DNA of 64,000 nt from an uncultured delta proteobacterium. Lineage in GTDB: Bacteria > Desulfobacterota > Binatia > Binatales > Binataceae. Shown in pieces: positions 53,818 to 63,043 of the stretch. Position numbers and translations under genes: made by a program. The stretch covers positions 736,001-800,000 of the forward strand of contig CAVXXK010000001.1 of assembly GCA_963765675.1 (NCBI GenBank), in the 5' to 3' direction. The notes under the pieces are model-generated. The model was given only the letters and a program-made list of their open reading frames with translations, did not search any database and was not told the origin of the DNA. The stretch's first letter is position 1. Every line of letters begins with the position of its first letter.

Positions 53818-55776
53818 ATGAAACCCTCACTCCCCGAGAACGAGGCTGAGCGCTTGAACGCGCTTCGGCGGTACCAAATCCTCGACACGCCGCCGGAACC
53901 GGCTTTCGACCGTATCGCTGAGATGGCGGCGAATTTCTTTCACGTGCCGATGGCTGGCGTAAGTCTGGTTGACGAGGATCGCGTCTGGTTCAAGTCTCGC
54001 GTCGGCATTGACTTCCATCAGACCGCGCGTGACGCCGGGTTATGTTCTTTGGCGATGCTCTCGCAAGGAGTCTACCACCTGAGCGACGCTGCCCATGACC
54101 AGAGCGCACTCCGCCATTCGTTCGTTGCAGATCTCGACATCCGCTTCTACGCGGCTGCTCCGCTGCGCAATCACGAGGGCTTCAATCTTGGAACCGTGTG
54201 GGTCCTCGACCAGAAGCCGCGCGAACTGGCATCGGGCGAGGCAGAAATGCTCCGGGCGTTGGCAGCGCTCGCCATGAATCAGATGGAACTGCGACTCTAC
54301 GCAGAGAAGGTCGCCCGGCTGGAACGCGCTGAAAGAACGATCGGCGAGCAACTGCATGAAGCAAACCAGCGCCTGGCCCAAAGCGAGGAACAGTTCCGTG
54401 ACCTTTTTGAGGAAGCACCCATCGCGTACGTCCATCAGGGTTTTGATACACGCATCTACCGGGCTAATCGCACGGCGATGAAAATCCTCGGCGTCAAACC
54501 GGGGGAAATCGAAGGGATGGAGGGAACCTCCTTTTGGTCCGATACGCCAGAGGCTCAACGCCGAGGCCGCGAGGCGCTTCCGTTGATGGCGGCCGGTACC
54601 GATGAAAAGGGGGTGGTCCTCGAACTGCGGCGTATGGACGACGGCAGACCGGTGTGGGTCAGATGGTGGTGCAGGCCGGAGCCCGGCGGCAGTTACACTC
54701 GTAGTATGTTCATCGACATCACCGAGCAAGTCCTGATGGAGCAGGAGAAGGCACGCCTCGAGGCCCAGAACGCATACCTGCTCGACGAAATCCGAACCGA
54801 ACAGAGGTTCGGCGGTATCATCGGCGGAAGTTCCAGATTGCGAAAAGTGATGCAGCGGGCTCAACTCGTTGCGCCGACCGATGCTACCGTCCTGATCACC
54901 GGGGAAAGCGGTACAGGAAAGGAGCTCGTCGCACGGGCCATCCACGAGCAGAGCTCGCGACGCGAACGCCCTCTGATCAAACTCAATTGCAGCGCGGTGC
55001 CTGAAGGTCTCTTCGAGAGCGAGTTCTTTGGGCACGTAAAAGGGGCTTTCACAGGCGCACTCAAGGACAAGCCGGGCCGTTTTGAACTGGCCGATGGCGG
55101 CACGTTATTCCTCGATGAAATCGGCGAAGTGCCGCTCGCGATGCAAGCCAAGCTGCTCCGCGTATTGCAGGAACAGGAGCTTGAACGGGTCGGTGACACC
55201 CGCACGCGCAAGGTTAATGTACGGGTCATCGCCGCATCCAATCGGAACCTAAAGAGGGAGGTCGACGAAGGTCGCTTTCGCCAGGACCTTTTCTACCGGC
55301 TCAGCGTTTTCCCGATCGAGATCCCGCCGCTCAGAGAGCGCCGCGATGACATTCCGCCGCTCGTCGCGCATTTCATCCGCCAAAGCGCGCGCCGGATGAA
55401 TCGTCCTGAGCCACAGCTCAGCAAGGCGGCACTAGATCGACTCGGCTCGTACGACTGGCCTGGTAATGTGCGTGAACTTCAAAACACGGTCGAGCGCGCT
55501 ATTATCCTGTGGCGGGAGGGTCCGCTCACCTTCGACCTACCCGCCTCGCCGACACGCGAAAATACTGAGCAGCGACCCAAACCAGCCGCGGACGGCGTGC
55601 TCCTTACCCGCGACGAATTAAAACGACAGGAGCGCGAGACGATTATAAACGCCCTAAAGCAGGCCAACGGAAAGGTCTCCGGACCAGGGGGTGCAGCGGA
55701 ATTGCTGGCAATGAAGCCCTCGACATTGGCATCGCGCATTTCTTCCCTGGGCATCAGTCGCAGAACACTGAGCTGA
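53818..55776 (+). CDS. sigma54-dependent enhancer-binding protein (GAF-PAS-AAA+-HTH, FhlA-like)
   Basis: GAF (ILDTPPE, IRFYAAAPL), PAS, GESGTGKE, GAFTGA, FLDEIGE, WPGNVREL. Confidence 0.94.
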   Translation: MKPSLPENEAERLNALRRYQILDTPPEPAFDRIAEMAANFFHVPMAGVSLVDEDRVWFKSRVGIDFHQTARDAGLCSLAMLSQGVYHLSDAAHDQSALRHSFVADLDIRFYAAAPLRNHEGFNLGTVWVLDQKPRELASGEAEMLRALAALAMNQMELRLYAEKVARLERAERTIGEQLHEANQRLAQSEEQFRDLFEEAPIAYVHQGFDTRIYRANRTAMKILGVKPGEIEGMEGTSFWSDTPEAQRRGREALPLMAAGTDEKGVVLELRRMDDGRPVWVRWWCRPEPGGSYTRSMFIDITEQVLMEQEKARLEAQNAYLLDEIRTEQRFGGIIGGSSRLRKVMQRAQLVAPTDATVLITGESGTGKELVARAIHEQSSRRERPLIKLNCSAVPEGLFESEFFGHVKGAFTGALKDKPGRFELADGGTLFLDEIGEVPLAMQAKLLRVLQEQELERVGDTRTRKVNVRVIAASNRNLKREVDEGRFRQDLFYRLSVFPIEIPPLRERRDDIPPLVAHFIRQSARRMNRPEPQLSKAALDRLGSYDWPGNVRELQNTVERAIILWREGPLTFDLPASPTRENTEQRPKPAADGVLLTRDELKRQERETIINALKQANGKVSGPGGAAELLAMKPSTLASRISSLGISRRTLS

Positions 55777-55830
55777 GGGCACCTTGTTCTGATTACACAT
55801 GGTCGCCAAGCCCCAAACCAAATCGACAAA

Positions 55831-56691
55831 TCATCGAATGTTCGACCTCACAAAACCGCAACGCACTGCGCGTACATAGTCGTGGTCCGTTTTACCGGCG
55901 CTAAGCACATCGCCGTCGCCGAAGAGCACGCCCCACGCGAGCAGCGACCCGGGGGGCTTGACGATCGGGCTGGGGGCGTAGGTCGAACTTGACCAATAAT
56001 AGGCTTTCGATGGGCCGCCAGACTCGGTGCAACTGCACTCTTCGGTGTACCCGGCGCCATCCACAGTACAGCCAAATGTGCAGTTTTTGTTGAACGCCTC
56101 ATCAACCGGCGGGAGGTAGGTCTGGTAGTCCACGATGCTTTGCAGCTCCTTGACGTTGGGTATGCGCCAGTCGCAGTGGCGGGCGAAGCAGGGACGGGTG
56201 TTGAGCTGCGCAACCCACTGGAAGATCGTCATTCCGCCGCCTGAGACGTTGCACGTCCCACCGTCTGAGCAATCCGCGTCGGTGCCGCACACTGTGGTAG
56301 AGCTGTTCGAACACGTCCCCTCCCACGGGTAGGTGTTGTCCCAGTTGTGGAGGCCACCGATGGCCTGGTCCTTCTTCTCCCACATCAGCTTGGTGTTCCG
56401 GTCTGTGATGGTGCCGTCGCCGTTGTCCCGGAATCTGAGCGGCGCCCCGGCTCTGATCTCACCGTCATCGCCCGCAACGTATGCAGTCGTCTGCCCGGTT
56501 GCTGGGAAGCTCTGCGGTTCGAAAAAGGCTGGGCAGCCCTTAGCAGGTTGGCGAAATAGTGTCTTTGCCCCGCTCTCGACGGTCTGGGTAAATCCCGCTC
56601 CGATCCCATCCTGATCAGATTGAGCGTATCCAGCTCCCGTCCACAGCAGCGTGATACACACGGCAATAAGCGTCAGATTTGATTTTCTCAT
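55831..56691 (-). CDS. secreted DUF1566 (Lcl C-terminal, C-type lectin-like) protein with Cys-rich inserts
   Basis: Signal peptide; TGQT, DNGDGTITD..TKLMWEK, WRIPNVKELQSIV, YWSSST, AWGVLF..G, YVRAVR. Confidence 0.88.
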   Translation of the reverse strand: MRKSNLTLIAVCITLLWTGAGYAQSDQDGIGAGFTQTVESGAKTLFRQPAKGCPAFFEPQSFPATGQTTAYVAGDDGEIRAGAPLRFRDNGDGTITDRNTKLMWEKKDQAIGGLHNWDNTYPWEGTCSNSSTTVCGTDADCSDGGTCNVSGGGMTIFQWVAQLNTRPCFARHCDWRIPNVKELQSIVDYQTYLPPVDEAFNKNCTFGCTVDGAGYTEECSCTESGGPSKAYYWSSSTYAPSPIVKPPGSLLAWGVLFGDGDVLSAGKTDHDYVRAVRCGFVRSNIR

Positions 56692-56796
56692 AACGCTTGT
56701 TAACGTTCCTCTCATCAATGCGAACCCTGGGTGTAAGTGAACGATACACAAGTCTGCGGTTCAGAAGTGTTTTCTGCCGACTTTCTCAATACCGTG

Positions 56797-57714
56797 CTAG
56801 GCAGTCTGGAGCCACTCCAGCCGACGCGGTCGGAAGTTCAGCTCACGTTTGGCTTTCTCATTCGATGCACCTCGAAGCCTGGTCGCGTAATAGACGGAAT
56901 CGGCGCCGGAGGTGGCAAGCGCCTGCTGCTCCGTGATTTGAGGCGGTTGCGGTGCTCCGCACGCGCGAGCAAATGCGGGCAGCCATCGACGCTGCTCGCT
57001 CGGGTCATCGTCCACAATATTGTACACCCCCGGCGCGCATCGGAGCGCCGCCACGGTCGCCGCGGCGGCATCTTCTATGTGGATGAAACTCGACACGCCG
57101 TTGCCCTTGCCGATGATCGGGACACGCCGTTGGCGCACCTGCTCGCCCATATCGCCAGTGCTCGTGTACCACGTGCCCGGTCCATAGAAGAATCCGTAAC
57201 GCAGAGCGACGCATTGTATCGCCGGTGTTCCGAACGCGGCCGATTCCAGCTCAATATACGTACGCGCTCCGGCGGCGACCCCCGGAGACGCGTCAACCGC
57301 AAACGACTCCTTTTCAGTGGCGAGACCCGCGCCGGGGGCATACCAGAATCCCGATGATTGCAGGATGTAGCGGCGCACTCCGCCGTCATGCATCGCAGCC
57401 AGCAGACTGATATTCCCCCTGGTTCTGACTGTGCGATCACGATCCGCCGCCGCCTTCATTTCTTCCGGCGTGTAATGTCTGGGCAGCGAGGTCAACTCGT
57501 TGATGATGGCCTCTGGTCGAATCCGTTGGATCGCGGCCTTAACCGAGGCGGCATCGAGCGCATCGCCGGTCACAGCCTCCGCGCCCATCTTACTCAGGGC
57601 GCTTTCTGAATCAGACGAACGCACCAGTCCAAACACCGCGTGGCCGTTTTGCTTCAAATAATCAATCAGCGGCCGGCCGATAGCGCCAGTCGCTCCCGCA
57701 ACCAGAACTTTCAT
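56797..57714 (-). CDS. NAD-dependent epimerase/dehydratase family protein
   Basis: VAGATGAIG, LRYGFFYGPG, SFIHIEDAA. Confidence 0.88.
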   Translation of the reverse strand: MKVLVAGATGAIGRPLIDYLKQNGHAVFGLVRSSDSESALSKMGAEAVTGDALDAASVKAAIQRIRPEAIINELTSLPRHYTPEEMKAAADRDRTVRTRGNISLLAAMHDGGVRRYILQSSGFWYAPGAGLATEKESFAVDASPGVAAGARTYIELESAAFGTPAIQCVALRYGFFYGPGTWYTSTGDMGEQVRQRRVPIIGKGNGVSSFIHIEDAAAATVAALRCAPGVYNIVDDDPSEQRRWLPAFARACGAPQPPQITEQQALATSGADSVYYATRLRGASNEKAKRELNFRPRRLEWLQTA

Positions 57715-57819
57715 TGCACACCTCCTGGAATGGCGTTGAGAAAAAAGGACGGAGTTAGAACGAGCTCCGTTCAACGTCGTGCCTGGAAACCGGAGGAACA
57801 GCTCCCTCGAGCGCCCTAA

Positions 57820-60800
57820 TCAATTGAGAGTGGACAGCAGCGCCGTCGCTTGCTTGAAATCGGTGCTCTCGTGGCCCTCACTGACGGTCGCGATAACCGG
57901 GGCAAGGATCGCTTTCGCCTCTTCCCGCCGATCGTGAAAGTGGAGGAAGGCGGCGAGGCTGGTCGCGCTGCGCAACTCCCAACAGCGCGCTTGCTGGCGG
58001 CGAGCGATCTCGATCGCCTGCTGAAAGCTGCGTTCTGTCTCATGAGGGTCGCCGCGATGCATCACGATCAATTCGCCGCGCAGACGCCATATCTCGGCTT
58101 CGTGCATGCGCTGGCCGCTGCTCGAGATCACCTTGAAGGCCTCGGCAACAACCGCGAGTCCCTTTTCAGGCTCGCGCGATCCCAGGTATGCCTCGGCTAG
58201 CAGGCTCAGCGCGTAACAGTAGATCAACTCGCCACCGTTCTCGATCAGCGCCGTCATTGCCGCGCGCATCCGAATGATCCCGGCGGCGTAATTGCCTTCG
58301 CCGACCAACACCCGCCCGATAATCATCGAGGCCACCGCCGACCAGTATGGAAAGCCGCCCTCGCGCGCGATTTCGATGAGCGATTCCGCCCGCGGCCGAA
58401 TGGTCGTGTGGTCGCCGCGAAAGTGCGCCAGCGCGATTGCGTACATCAGGGCGAACGCGATGCTGTAAGGGCTGCCGAGGCGGTTGGCGAGTTCCAGCGC
58501 CTCTTCGCCTCGCGCATTCGCCTGATCGGCGTAGCCCAGCATCCACAGCGCCCACGAAATCTGGCATCGCGACGGGACCACCGCGGCCATCGGCATCGGC
58601 AGGTAGCGAGGAATATCACGATCGTAGATCGCGATCGCCTGGTCGAAATGCTCGCGCGCGCCGCCGAATTCGCCGCGCCACAAGCACGCCGAGCCGAGGT
58701 TGGTGTGCGCGGCGGCTTCGCCGATCTCGTCGTTCACCAGGCGCGAGAGCTTGAGGGTTTTCTCCGCCAAACTCATGGCATCGTGCAGGCGATTGCGCGC
58801 CAGGTTGAAGATGCACAGCCTGTACATGACGCCGAACATCTCCGGCCCCTCGCCGATACGCTGGCACAACGCCATCCCGCGATTGAGGCTTTCGGCCAGC
58901 GCGGGACTGGCAAAGCCCTGGGTGGTCGCCAGGAGCGGTGACTGAATTCCCAGCAGGTTGAGCTCTTCGCGATCGCGCTCGCGCGTGTCCGGCAGCGAAG
59001 CCAAAAGCGTAAGCGCCTGGTTGACGTAGCGGATCCCGTCGTCGTATGCGGAACGCGCACGGGCCTGTTCCGCCGCCAGCTTCAAATAGCCCACCGCTTT
59101 GGAGGCATTGCCGCTGGAAGCGTAATGATGCGCCAGTTCACCGAGGTGATCGTCGACTTGGCCGGCGAAAAGCTGCTCCATCGCCTCCGCCGTGGATTCA
59201 TGGATCTCGCGGCGCCGTTCGATCAATACGGAATTGTAGGCGACCTCCTGCGTAAGCGCATGCTTGAAGGTGTATTCGCTTTCCGGAAAGGCCGGCTTTT
59301 CATAGATGAACTCGGCAAGCTGGAGCCGGGCCAGTTCCGAAGTGAGTTCCTCTTCAGGGCGCGCGGTTACGCGGCGCGCCAGCGCCAATGGAAACTCCTT
59401 GCCAATTACCGCGAGGGTCTGCAGCAATTCCTTGCCCGCCGGAGCAAGCTGATCGATGCGCGCGGCCAGAATGCCCTGCACCGTCGGCGGAATGAGGATC
59501 GCACCGAGTGGTTTCGCCAGGGTCACGCCGCCATTGTCCGCCAGCACCCCTTGATCGAACAGCGCCTGGACCATTTCCTCCACGAAGAAAGGATTGCCGT
59601 CGGTCTTGGCGATGATCAACTCTTTGAGCTCGCGCAACTGAGGATCGTCGCCCACCAACCCGGAAAGCATCTCGGCGGCGCTCTCACGTCCGAGCGGGTC
59701 GAGCCGCAATTGCGTGTAGTAGGTCTTGCCGCCCCATTGATGTCCGTATTCGGGCCGGTAGTTGACCATCATCAGGATCCGCGCGGTACCGATGCTGTCG
59801 GCAAGGAGATCGAGCAGAGCCTGGGTCTCGGTATCGACCCAGTGCAGGTCTTCGAAAATGAGCAGCAGCGGCTGATTGAGGCTCTCGCGATGGACCACGC
59901 TTTTGATCGCTTCGCGTGTCCGGCGGCGCCTGATAGCAGCGTCCATTTCGCGCAGCGGACTGGTGGGATCTTCGACCCGCAGCAGCGCGAAGAGATAGGG
60001 CAAGCAGTCTTCGAGCGCACGGTCGAGTGCGAGCACTTTGCCGGTAACCTTTTCGCGCCGTGCGCGATCGTCGTCCTGATCGGCGATGCGAAAGTAGCTC
60101 TTGAGCAGCTCGATCACCGGCAGGTAGGGCGAGGCCCTTCCGTGCGAGACGGAAAAGGCCTCCATCACAAAGGAGTCGCCCTGTGACATCGACCTGAATT
60201 CATGGAAGAGGCGCGACTTGCCGACTCCCGCTTCGGCAACGGCGGCAACGATTTGGCCATGACCGGCGCGGGCCAGCCCGAGCGCGCGGCGGAGTTGATC
60301 GATTTCATTGTGGCGGCCCACGAATTTTGACAATCCCCGCTGAGCGGAAATCTGCAGCCGCGTGCGCAGAGCACCCAGCCCAATCACTTCATAGACGTTT
60401 ACCGGCTCGCTTACCCCCTTGACGCGCGTGGGGCCGAGTGGCTTGAACTCGAAATAACCTGCCGCCGATTTCTGCACCGTTTCCGTAACCGCGATCGAGC
60501 CTGTAGGCGCCAGCGTTTGCATCCGCGCGGCGAGGCTGGTCGAGTGGCCGATCGGCGTGTATTCGGTATGCTCATCATCGGTGCGAATCGAGCGCACCAC
60601 CACTTCGCCCATGTTGAGGCCGATGCGGATTTCCAGCGGCGGATTACCGGCCTCGCGCAGGCGCGACGAATACTTGCGCATCTCGCTTTGCAGTCTGAGC
60701 GCCGCATACAGGCCGCGATGGACGTGGTCCTCGCGCGCGATCGGAGCGCCGAACAGAGCGAAAATCCCGTCGCCGGTTGATTGGACAATGTAGCCGTCGT

Positions 60801-61182
60801 AGTGATGGACCGCGTCGATCATCAAGCGCAATGCGGGATCAACCAGTGCGCGTGCCACTTCGGGGTCGAGCTCCTCCATCAGATCCATCGACCCTTTGAT
60901 ATCGGCGAACAGCGCGGTGACGGTCTTGCGTTCGCCGTCGAGCGCATCCGTGATCGCCGGCTCGGGTGCGACGCGAACCTCAGGCTTCGGCGCTGCGTTC
61001 AGAGGGGCAGCCGATGCCGCCGCGGCGGGGCGCAGAGAATTTCCGCATTGCCCGCAGAACTTGAAAGACGCGGGATTATCGAAGGCACACTTCGGGCATC
61101 GATTGTCGAGCGGCGTGGCGCAGTTGCCGCAAAACTTCATACCTTGCGGATTTTCAGTTCCGCAGCTTGAACACTTTGGCAC
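57820..61182 (-). CDS. double zinc ribbon / class III nucleotide cyclase / STAND AAA ATPase / TPR protein (copy 2)
   Basis: Same architecture as 32148-35558: CxxC ribbons, FADIKGS, GDG, AGVGKS, FEDLHW. Confidence 0.92.
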   Translation of the reverse strand: MPKCSSCGTENPQGMKFCGNCATPLDNRCPKCAFDNPASFKFCGQCGNSLRPAAAASAAPLNAAPKPEVRVAPEPAITDALDGERKTVTALFADIKGSMDLMEELDPEVARALVDPALRLMIDAVHHYDGYIVQSTGDGIFALFGAPIAREDHVHRGLYAALRLQSEMRKYSSRLREAGNPPLEIRIGLNMGEVVVRSIRTDDEHTEYTPIGHSTSLAARMQTLAPTGSIAVTETVQKSAAGYFEFKPLGPTRVKGVSEPVNVYEVIGLGALRTRLQISAQRGLSKFVGRHNEIDQLRRALGLARAGHGQIVAAVAEAGVGKSRLFHEFRSMSQGDSFVMEAFSVSHGRASPYLPVIELLKSYFRIADQDDDRARREKVTGKVLALDRALEDCLPYLFALLRVEDPTSPLREMDAAIRRRRTREAIKSVVHRESLNQPLLLIFEDLHWVDTETQALLDLLADSIGTARILMMVNYRPEYGHQWGGKTYYTQLRLDPLGRESAAEMLSGLVGDDPQLRELKELIIAKTDGNPFFVEEMVQALFDQGVLADNGGVTLAKPLGAILIPPTVQGILAARIDQLAPAGKELLQTLAVIGKEFPLALARRVTARPEEELTSELARLQLAEFIYEKPAFPESEYTFKHALTQEVAYNSVLIERRREIHESTAEAMEQLFAGQVDDHLGELAHHYASSGNASKAVGYLKLAAEQARARSAYDDGIRYVNQALTLLASLPDTRERDREELNLLGIQSPLLATTQGFASPALAESLNRGMALCQRIGEGPEMFGVMYRLCIFNLARNRLHDAMSLAEKTLKLSRLVNDEIGEAAAHTNLGSACLWRGEFGGAREHFDQAIAIYDRDIPRYLPMPMAAVVPSRCQISWALWMLGYADQANARGEEALELANRLGSPYSIAFALMYAIALAHFRGDHTTIRPRAESLIEIAREGGFPYWSAVASMIIGRVLVGEGNYAAGIIRMRAAMTALIENGGELIYCYALSLLAEAYLGSREPEKGLAVVAEAFKVISSSGQRMHEAEIWRLRGELIVMHRGDPHETERSFQQAIEIARRQQARCWELRSATSLAAFLHFHDRREEAKAILAPVIATVSEGHESTDFKQATALLSTLN

Positions 61183-61429
61183 GCGATAAATCTAGCTCGA
61201 TCGGCCCTCCCGACCAATGATCTTCGACTTCTTTATTTTGGTTCGCATCAGACTGCGTCATCCGCCAGCAAGCCCTGATGCCCCCGATATTCTCCATTCG
61301 AATCGCCCTATATAGCGCCGATGTGACGCCGATTTGCTCTCATCTGCGGAACGATTGTTCTTGCGAGCGCCGCGTACGCGGGTGGGTGTACAATCTCATT
61401 TGACGCTGCCGCGTGGTTCATTTGACGCC

Positions 61430-62743
61430 GTGAAAGAATCATCAACCGCCGATCTCCCGCACGTTGTAATCCTGGGCGGTGGCTTTGGCGGGCTCACCGC
61501 CGCCCAAAAGTTGGCGAAAACGCCGGTCCGGATCACTCTTATCGACCGCCGCAACCATCATCTGTTCCAGCCGCTGCTCTACCAGGTAGCGACCGCGGCC
61601 CTTAATCCCAGCGACATCGCGTCGCCGATTCGGAGAATTCTGCGCCGGCAAAAGAACGTGAGCGTGATTCTGGGCGACGCGGTCGCGATCGACACCACGA
61701 AAAAGATCGTCCAGCTCGCCGACGGCGAAGTCGCGTACGACTTTCTGGTGCTCGCGGCCGGCGCTACGCATTCGTATTTCGGGCACGACGACTGGATCGA
61801 CGCTGCGCCGGGGCTCAAGACTCTCGAGGACGCGGTCGAAATCCGCCGTCGCGTGCTGGTCGCATACGAAGCGGCTGAACGCGAAATCGACCAGCGCAGG
61901 ATCACCGAATGGATGACCTTTGTGATCATCGGCGCGGGACCGACCGGAGTCGAGATGGCCGGGGCGCTGGCGGAAATCGCGCGCCGGGTATTGGAGCGCG
62001 ATTTTCGCCACATCCAGCCGGGTCGGGCTCGAATTGTCCTGATCGAGGCGGGACCACGAGCATTGCCCGCCATGTCACCCGATTCGTCGGCGAGCGCAAT
62101 CCGGCAACTGGAGCGAATCGGCGTCGAAGTAATCACCGGCTCCGCCGTGACCGCCATCGACGGCAACGGAGTCACGCACGCAGGAGGAAGAATCGACGCG
62201 CGCACGGTCATCTGGGCGGCCGGCGTCGCGGCTTCACCGCTCGGCAAAGCGCTCGGCGCGCCGGTGGACCGCGCCGGACGGGTGCTGGTGAATCAGGATC
62301 TTTCGGTGCCGGGCACGGATTCAGTTTTCGTCATTGGCGATCTCGCCGCGATCAAATCTGACGGCAAACCGGTTCCAGGAGTATCACCGGCCGCGATCCA
62401 GGAAGGACGCCATGTCGCCGCGAACATCGCGCGAATCGTGCGCGGCGAATCGCCCACCGCCTTCCGCTACCGCGACAAGGGCACGCTCGCCACGATCGGT
62501 CGTGCAGCGGCCGTCGCCGACCTGGGCCGGGTGCATCTGCACGGCCTTGTCGCATGGCTGACGTGGCTATTGGTTCACATCTTTTACCTGATCGGCTTTC
62601 GCAACCGATTCCTGGTGATCAGCGAATGGGCCTGGATGTATCTCTGGAACGATCGCGGCGCGCGCCTGATAACAGGCGACGTCGAGCCGCTGCTCGAGCG
62701 CGGCAAACGCCCCGACGATCGCGACCGGATGCTCTCACCTTAG
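61430..62743 (+). CDS. ndh: type II NADH dehydrogenase
   Basis: GGGFGG, HLFQPLLYQVAT, GAGPTGVEMAG, WAAGV, YRDKGTLATIGR; start approximate. Confidence 0.9.
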   Translation: MKESSTADLPHVVILGGGFGGLTAAQKLAKTPVRITLIDRRNHHLFQPLLYQVATAALNPSDIASPIRRILRRQKNVSVILGDAVAIDTTKKIVQLADGEVAYDFLVLAAGATHSYFGHDDWIDAAPGLKTLEDAVEIRRRVLVAYEAAEREIDQRRITEWMTFVIIGAGPTGVEMAGALAEIARRVLERDFRHIQPGRARIVLIEAGPRALPAMSPDSSASAIRQLERIGVEVITGSAVTAIDGNGVTHAGGRIDARTVIWAAGVAASPLGKALGAPVDRAGRVLVNQDLSVPGTDSVFVIGDLAAIKSDGKPVPGVSPAAIQEGRHVAANIARIVRGESPTAFRYRDKGTLATIGRAAAVADLGRVHLHGLVAWLTWLLVHIFYLIGFRNRFLVISEWAWMYLWNDRGARLITGDVEPLLERGKRPDDRDRMLSP

Positions 62744-63043
62744 TTGATCCGCGCCGAGTACTACGGTCAGGATTGCAGCGCACTGAAACGCGTGTGAACT
62801 GGCTTGCGCTTCGTCGTCAGCATGGTTCGCCTCGTTTCATCTATAGCTGTGGTCGTCCAGAAAGCCGCTCGCCTTGCCGGGGCTGCTCTCCGAGAGAAAC
62901 AAACACTCCTTTTGTCTCCGTGTGGCAATCGTCGGTACAGAATGTGGCTATCGATGCTGTTTCGATGGATAGCGCCTAGATCATTGATATTGTATGTATT
63001 TTGGCGGAAGTACTAACTGAACGACATTTTAGGGGGGATTTTG

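Noticed and set aside
55831-57820. Complete DGR cassette
   Set aside because: No reverse transcriptase, avd or AAC-rich template repeat seen in the window; only a target-like gene is supported.
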